Assembly (NCBI GenBank): GCA_963821595.1
Contig: CAWGEL010000010.1
Coordinates: forward strand, 65,269 to 129,268
DNA: 64,000 nt
Direction of reading: 5' to 3'
Source: an uncultured Chloroflexia bacterium
Lineage (GTDB): Bacteria; Chloroflexota; Limnocylindria; Limnocylindrales; CSP1-4
A program made the translations under genes and the position numbers. Below, piece by piece: positions 59,205 to 64,000 of this stretch (positions within the stretch are counted from its first letter, which is position 1; every line of letters begins with the position of its first letter). Under the pieces are notes generated by a model. It searched no databases, was not told the DNA's origin, and saw nothing but the letters and a program-made list of their open reading frames with translations.

Positions 59205-59735
59205 TCAGCGCCTGGGTCGCACCTGGTACCGGATGACGGTCTTCTGGGTCTCCGCGCCGGGTCGGGACTGGTACTCCTCCTCGTGGGGCCCGGCGATCTC
59301 GAAGCCCTGGTCCTCGATGTAGGCCGTCAGCATGGCGATCGTGGGCTCCTCCTCCTCCGAGTATTCGCCGAGGTGGAGGATCTGGGCGACGGTTCCGTAG
59401 TCCCAGGTCTCCACGGCCACAGGGATCGACGGATCCTTCTGGACCAGGTCGGCGGTGTCGTCGGGGACGGGCAGAGCCCAGGCCGCGGTCCAGGCGTCCC
59501 GGGGCACGGCCCGCCAGTTGGGTCCCGCGAACCAGCGCGCCCGGGGCGGCTCGATGCGGAAGTCCCGGCCATCCTTCTTGCGGGCGAACTTGAGGGGGTA
59601 GACGGCGCCGTAGAGGGCCGGGAACACCCTTGGTCCCAGCTCGTTGGGATCGCCCGTGGTCCGAACCACGGCCATCGTCCTCGGCGGGAGCTCCACGATC
59701 TGGGGCACGAACGGCTTCATCTTCGGGGCGGGCAT
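59205..59735 (-). CDS. GyrI-like small-molecule-binding domain protein
   Basis: GGAGAGGAG RBS. Size of 176 aa and the pattern ...VELPPRTMAVVRTTGDPNE...HLGEYSEE...HEEEYQS. Confidence 0.7.
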   Translation of the reverse strand: MPAPKMKPFVPQIVELPPRTMAVVRTTGDPNELGPRVFPALYGAVYPLKFARKKDGRDFRIEPPRARWFAGPNWRAVPRDAWTAAWALPVPDDTADLVQKDPSIPVAVETWDYGTVAQILHLGEYSEEEEPTIAMLTAYIEDQGFEIAGPHEEEYQSRPGAETQKTVIRYQVRPRR

Positions 59736-60021
59736 CGGCGACTCCTCTCCACGCTCGTCCAGCGTAGTGCGACGGGAGCGGGTCGCGCAGCGGATCGGCG
59801 CGGACCCGGCCGCCTGCCCGCGCGGGCGGGTGGGCGGGATGCGAAGCGCCAGGCGCCGCTAGCCGCAGCGGCAATAATTCCTGCGCTCGCGAGGCCATGG
59901 CCGTCTCGCCGACGTGCCGGGGCGCTCGTCACCGGCATGAACGCACGAACGTGCGTCCGTTCCGGCACAGCTTTGCGTGGTGGATCGCTCCGTCCCGACC
60001 GAACGCACCGAAGATGCACCG

Positions 60022-60126
60022 GAGCGGCACGAGGGAGCGGCACGGGGGAGCGGCACGAGGGAGCGGCACGAGGGAGCGGCACGGGGGAGCGGCACGGGGG
60101 AGCGGCACGAGGGGAGCGGCACGAGG
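60022..60126. repeat. 13-nt tandem repeat GAGCGGCACG(A/G)GG x8 upstream of imuA'
   Basis: Copies start at 60022, 60035, 60048, 60061, 60074, 60087, 60100 and 60114 (one extra G before the last). The period is not a multiple of 3. Confidence 0.9.
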
Positions 60127-60169
60127 GGCTCGGTGGGGGAGGTTCGCGTTCGGTCGGCTCTTCTCATGA

Positions 60170-60189
60170 TCGAACAGATGTTCTATCAT
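60170..60189 (+). promoter_or_regulatory. LexA/SOS box TCGAACAGATGTTCTA overlapping a TATCAT -10 hexamer, 11 nt before the imuA' ATG
   Basis: GAAC (60172-75), N4, GTTC (60180-83). TATCAT is at 60184-60189 and the ATG at 60200, so the mRNA would be near leaderless. Confidence 0.6.
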
Positions 60190-60199
60190 TGGCAATCCG

Positions 60200-61384
60200 A
60201 TGGACCGCCAGCTCGATCGCGCGGCCGCTCTCGCCTCCCTCCGGGAGCGCTGTGGTTCGGCAGCTCCGCGACCGGCGACGGAAGTCTTCGGCGCGCTCGC
60301 CGCGGCCCCGCTGCCGGTCCCAGGGCGGGGTGGCGGCGCCATGCCCGCGCCCGACGGTCCGACCCTGGCGCCCCGGCGTCCGATCTCCGTGCCGGGCCGG
60401 CCCGCTCTCGTGCCGTTGCCGGGCTTCGGACCGGCGCCGGCGGCTCGGCCGCGATCGGTCGACCCGGACCGGGTCCTGCCGACGGGATTCCCGGAGCTGG
60501 ACGCGTTGCTCGCCACGGGCGGCCTGCCCCGGGCAGGGACGGTGGCGCTCGCCGGGATGGGTTCCAGCGGGGCGACCACCATCGCGCTTCGGGCCGTGGC
60601 GGGGGCCCAGGGCGCGGGGTGCCTGGCTGCCTGGATCGACCTTTCGCTGAGCCTGGACCCGGTGGAGGCCGTCGCCCGCGGGGTGCGACTCGAATGGCTG
60701 GCCGTCCTCGTCCCGGATGGGACCGGCGAGGCGCTCGCGATGGCCGGCTCGCTCCTCCAGGCCCGGGCGGTGGACGTGGTCGTCCTGGACCTGGCGACGA
60801 CCGCTGCGCGGAGAGCGGCGCCCCGGACCTCGACCGCGATGCCCCGCCCGGCCGATCAGCTGGCCCGGCTGGCCGCGTTCGCCCGACGGACAGGCGCCCT
60901 CCTGATCGTCCTCCTGCCGGCCGGGGCACCGGCCACACTTCGGGCGGCCGTCGAGGAGGCTGCCGGGCTCCGGCTGGAGCTTCGCCGCCGTGGCTGGATC
61001 CGGCTCGGCCGGGAGGTGGTGGGCCAGCTGGCGGAGGCGCGGGTCGCCCGTGATCGCCACGGCGCGCCCGACCGTCGAACGGAGCTCAGGATCCTGTACG
61101 CGGAAGGCGGCCCGCGCGACCGCTGCCTGCGCGTGCCGGGCTTGCTCGTCGAGGAGGCCGTCCCCGTCACAGGCCGCGCACGCGCCGCCGGGGGAGCTCA
61201 TGGCCACCGGCCGCGTGGCCGTCCCGGCGACGTCCCGCCGGGCCGGCTCTTCCCCGGATTCCGCGGTGATCGCTCAAGGGTCCCATCGATCGTCCCATGC
61301 GCCTGCTCCATCTCTCCTGGCCGCACCTCGCCATCCGGCTCGCCCGGGCGCGGTCGCTCGGCGTGCCCGCGACCGGGCCCGTGA
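60200..61384 (+). CDS. ImuA'-like RecA-fold protein of the SOS mutagenesis cassette
   Basis: PTGFPELDALLATGGLPRAGTVALAGMGSSGATTIAL RecA/SulA-like core. Positioned directly upstream of imuB. The 3' tail is low complexity and overlaps imuB by 88 nt. Confidence 0.65.
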   Translation: MDRQLDRAAALASLRERCGSAAPRPATEVFGALAAAPLPVPGRGGGAMPAPDGPTLAPRRPISVPGRPALVPLPGFGPAPAARPRSVDPDRVLPTGFPELDALLATGGLPRAGTVALAGMGSSGATTIALRAVAGAQGAGCLAAWIDLSLSLDPVEAVARGVRLEWLAVLVPDGTGEALAMAGSLLQARAVDVVVLDLATTAARRAAPRTSTAMPRPADQLARLAAFARRTGALLIVLLPAGAPATLRAAVEEAAGLRLELRRRGWIRLGREVVGQLAEARVARDRHGAPDRRTELRILYAEGGPRDRCLRVPGLLVEEAVPVTGRARAAGGAHGHRPRGRPGDVPPGRLFPGFRGDRSRVPSIVPCACSISPGRTSPSGSPGRGRSACPRPGP

Positions 61385-62709
61385 TCCTCGGCGGGCGGCC
61401 GTGGGATGACGGGCTCGTCCTCGACGCGAACGAGCCGGCGCGAGCGCTCGGGGTCCGTCGAGGGATCGCGCTCGGCCAGGCTCACCGGCTCGCACCGGAG
61501 GCCGTCTTCGTCCCGCCGGACCCGGCCGCCGATGCCGCTGCGATCGAGGCCGCCCTCGACGCGCTCGCCACCTTCAGCCCGGGCGTCTCCGGCCCGTCGG
61601 ATGCCGCGGACGCGGCGTTCGGCACGCTCGAGGTGCAGCTGGACGGCCTGGAGGTGCTGTGGGGGCCGGAGCCGGTCCTGACCGGGCGGATCCGGGCCGC
61701 GCTCGAGCCGCTCCTGCCGGGCATGCCACGGGCCGGGATCGCCGGCACGCGCTTCGTTGCCGGTCTTGCGGCGGCCACGGGTCCCGGTCCCGCGGCCGTC
61801 CCGCTGGTGATCGTGCCACCGGGCGGGGAGCGGCCGTTCCTCGCCCCGTACCCGGCGGCGACGCTGACCCACGATCCGGAGGTTCGCGGACGCCTCGCCC
61901 GCTTCGGGCTGGCGACGATCGGGCAGGTGGCCGCCCTGCCGCGCTCGGCGCTGGCGGCGCGGTTCGGGTCGGAGGCGGGGAGCCGGCTCCACGCCCGGGC
62001 CAACGGCCTGGAGACGGATCCGTTCGTGCCCCGGCGAGCGCCCGAGCGACTCTGCCTCGCGCTTTCGCTTCCGGACCCGGTCGACGGCCTGGAGGCCGTG
62101 CGCTTCGTCGTTCGCCGCCTCGCCGGCGCGCTCGCCGCCCAGCTCGACGCCCGCGGTCTGGCGGCAGGACGGGCCCGCCTGGCGCTTCGGCTGGACCCCA
62201 CGTTCCGGCCGGGCCACCTGCCGCTTCCCGGCGCCAGCCTGCCCGCGCTCGTCGTGGAGCAGCGCCTGCCGGAGCCGAGCGCCGACGCGGAGGCGCTGGA
62301 GCGGCTCCTCGTTGCCCGCCTGGAGCGGACGCCGCCCGATTCGCCCGTCGTGCGGGTGGAGCTCGAGCTCCTCGACGCCACGCCCGCGGCCGGCCACCAG
62401 CTCGCCCTCTTCGCCCCGCAGGCGAACGCATCGGCCCGGCTCGCCTGGCAGCTGGCCCGCCTCGCCGTCCGGTACGGCGAGGAGCGGGTGGGGGGCGTCG
62501 CGCTCGCCGATCCGGAGGCGCCGCTTGCCGAGTCGCGCTGGACCTGGCACCCGCTCGCGGCCGATGGGACGCCGGCGGGCGAGGCCCGCGCACCGGTCGT
62601 GACGGGGCGCCCCGCGCGCCCGGGGCACGCGGCGGGCGCACGTCCGGGGCACGTGAGCGGTGCCCGCCCGCATGGCGCCCGCATGCCCGTGACGACCCGG
62701 CCACGATGA
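61297..62709 (+). CDS. imuB: ImuB, Y-family DNA polymerase-like protein
   Basis: MRLLHLSWPHLAIRLA...PVILGGRPWDDGLVLDANEPARALGVRRG... Y-family palm/fingers-like N-terminus with a long C-terminal extension. Confidence 0.8.
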   Translation: MRLLHLSWPHLAIRLARARSLGVPATGPVILGGRPWDDGLVLDANEPARALGVRRGIALGQAHRLAPEAVFVPPDPAADAAAIEAALDALATFSPGVSGPSDAADAAFGTLEVQLDGLEVLWGPEPVLTGRIRAALEPLLPGMPRAGIAGTRFVAGLAAATGPGPAAVPLVIVPPGGERPFLAPYPAATLTHDPEVRGRLARFGLATIGQVAALPRSALAARFGSEAGSRLHARANGLETDPFVPRRAPERLCLALSLPDPVDGLEAVRFVVRRLAGALAAQLDARGLAAGRARLALRLDPTFRPGHLPLPGASLPALVVEQRLPEPSADAEALERLLVARLERTPPDSPVVRVELELLDATPAAGHQLALFAPQANASARLAWQLARLAVRYGEERVGGVALADPEAPLAESRWTWHPLAADGTPAGEARAPVVTGRPARPGHAAGARPGHVSGARPHGARMPVTTRPR

Positions 62710-62954
62710 CCCGGCTGATGCGCGAGCACCCCGAGATCGGGGCCGAGCTCGACCGCGACGGCCGCCTGGTGGCGATTGCCTGGGCGGGCCGGCGCGAATC
62801 GGTGGAGGTGTGCGCGCAGTGGCGAGTCGAGGAAGCCTGGTGGGGCCAGCCCATCGCCCGCGACTACTTCAAGGTGGTGGGGCCGCGCTGGCTCGCCCTC
62901 GTCTATCTCGACAGGGTCGACCTGACCTGGCACCTGGAGCGCATCTACGACTGA
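62706..62954 (+). CDS. Small 82-aa protein translationally coupled to imuB (ATGA overlap)
   Basis: Hand-defined from the tail of ORF 61659..62954: MTRLMREHPEIGAELDRDGRLVAIAWAGRRESVEVCAQWRVEEAWWGQPIARDYFKVVGPRWLALVYLDRVDLTWHLERIYD. Confidence 0.55.
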   Translation: MTRLMREHPEIGAELDRDGRLVAIAWAGRRESVEVCAQWRVEEAWWGQPIARDYFKVVGPRWLALVYLDRVDLTWHLERIYD

Positions 62955-62979
62955 TCCCGGCAGCCCGCCGGTTCCGCGA

Positions 62980-63090
62980 TCAGGCGGGCTTCGGGGCTCC
63001 GGCGCCGGCGGCGATGAGGATGAGCACGAGCGCGACGAGGACAACCGTCAGCAGGGCTGCCCCGAGCCAGTCGCGAGTCGTGGGTCGCAT
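62980..63090 (-). CDS. 36-aa single-TM peptide downstream of the disrupted lipoprotein gene
   Basis: MRPTTRDWLGAALLTVVLVALVLILIAAGAGAPKPA. GGAGGGAG lies 8 nt upstream. Confidence 0.35.
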   Translation of the reverse strand: MRPTTRDWLGAALLTVVLVALVLILIAAGAGAPKPA

Positions 63091-63110
63091 GGCGGGCGCT
63101 CCCTCCGAGG

Positions 63111-63638
63111 TCAGGGCTTTGGGCAATCGGCGCCATAGTAGACGCTCAGGAAGCGGACGCTGCCGAGCGGCTTGACCGCCACCATGACCCGGCACGCGCC
63201 GGGGCCGTTGAGGCTGAGGGCGACGCTGCCGTCCTCGCCGCTGGAGATCCCTTCGATCGAGTAGCCCGCCGTCGATGACCGCGGCCTTCAGCGTGTCGAC
63301 GGCCGCCGCCGGATCGAGCGGCGTCGTGTAGATGCCGCTGGCCACGCCGATCGACGGGTCGGCCGGCGTTGCCGGCTTCGTCCCGGCAGGGAGCGGGAGG
63401 CTCGCCGGCACCGCGTCCCAGATGGACCCCACGGAACGGTCACGATCCGGGCGGTTGACGAAGGCCGGGCGCTGGCCTGGGCCGGGACGGACGGTGACGC
63501 TTCCAGAGGCGCGCAGGCCGCGGCGGACGACGGCGGGACGCTCGGTGGCGGGGTGGCCGCGGCCGTGCAGGCAGCGAGGCCGACGAGGAGGCCGAGGACC
63601 AGGGCAAGCGCCGACGTCGCGGAGCGCGATGCGTGCAT
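63111..63638 (-). pseudogene. Lipoprotein gene readable only across two frame changes
   Basis: Frame 1: MHASRSATSALALVLGLLVGLAACTAA (lipobox). Frame 2: ..GSVTVRPGPGQRPAFVNRPDRDRSVGSIWDAVPASLPLPAGTKPATPADPSIGVASGIYTTPLDPAAAVDTLKAAVIDGG. Frame 3: YSIEGISSGEDGSVALSLNGPGACRVMVAVKPLGSVRFLSVYYGADCPKP*. Confidence 0.55.
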
Positions 63639-63671
63639 GGGCCCATCCTGACCGAAACCCGGCGGTTGTCA

Positions 63672-63710
63672 AAACTCGCGGGCCCCGTCGCGGCGGGGCG
63701 ACGGGGCCCG
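63672..63710 (-). terminator. 12-bp GC hairpin followed, on the minus strand, by GCGAG-TTTT
   Basis: GGGCCCCGTCGC (63681-92) pairs with GCGACGGGGCCC (63699-710). The A-run at 63672-75 gives a U-tract on the minus strand. Confidence 0.5.
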
Positions 63711-63760
63711 GAGGGAGCGCCACCCGGTCCCCAGGTGCCGGGTCGGCGGCGGGAGATCTG

Positions 63761-63886
63761 CTAGCTGGCCGTCCTCGCGGCGGCCGCAAGGACCGCCGGG
63801 AGGACGTAGAAGACGAGCACGGCCGCGACGAGGACCAGGATGACCGCGGGGAGGAGGATCCGGCTGCCGGAGCGGAACGTGCTCAT
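63761..63886 (-). CDS. 41-aa single-TM peptide
   Basis: MSTFRSGSRILLPAVILVLVAAVLVFYVLPAVLAAAARTAS. AGGGGA lies upstream and the hairpin/U-tract lies downstream. Confidence 0.35.
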   Translation of the reverse strand: MSTFRSGSRILLPAVILVLVAAVLVFYVLPAVLAAAARTAS

Positions 63887-64000
63887 CGCGTCCCCTGAGA
63901 CGGCGGACGGTCCTGATTTGTTGCACGCCCATGGACGCATCTGTGGCGAGTGCGCGGGGCCGGTTTCGGGAAGCCGCGACCGGGGGATGCGGCCACTGCG

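Noticed and set aside
62955-64000. Absence of dnaE2 next to imuA'-imuB as an anomaly
   Set aside because: In mycobacteria dnaE2 is also unlinked from imuA'-imuB, so non-adjacency is not informative. The window simply ends about 1 kb later.

Overview
Very GC-rich bacterial chromosomal window. Sampled 60-nt stretches are about 75-80% GC in most genes. Gene content and order (obg-nadD-rsfS, comEA-comEC-holA, imuA'-imuB, leaderless-looking starts, GTGA/ATGA start-stop overlaps) suggest a high-GC Gram-positive-type lineage, Actinomycetota-like; this is inference only. Housekeeping genes recognised: sbcD/sbcC-like pair, carbamate kinase plus ornithine carbamoyltransferase, pyrG, transaldolase/fsa, rho, a LysM-M23 peptidase, obg, nadD, rsfS, comEA, comEC, an HD protein, holA, leuS and two tRNA-Ala. 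Accessory content: a lower-GC islet with two paralogous lipoproteins, several polytopic membrane proteins, an LLM oxidoreductase/cupin/ArsR/hydrolase patch with a duplicated gene 5' end, an ECF sigma/anti-sigma pair, a G1-type peptidase, an MFS/MarR pair and an SOS-boxed imuA'-imuB cassette. Most interesting candidates: (1) two tandem GlpP-type antiterminator paralogues, with no glp genes, sit upstream of the only classical U-tract terminator I could find on the plus strand, followed by a His-less, ATP-lid-degenerate histidine-kinase-like gene. (2) Immediately upstream is an orphan CpaF-type secretion ATPase fused to a RidA domain. (3) A peptidoglycan-binding/HExxH protein with a toxin-like N-terminal leader is translationally coupled to a small ORF downstream of holA. 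(4) Three intergenic tandem-repeat arrays (48-nt, 19-nt, 13-nt), two of which start exactly on a stop codon. (5) At least four genes are readable only across frame changes, and comEC has no in-frame stop. This needs read-level checking before any biological interpretation. No CRISPR array, rRNA, integrase or transposase can be supported.
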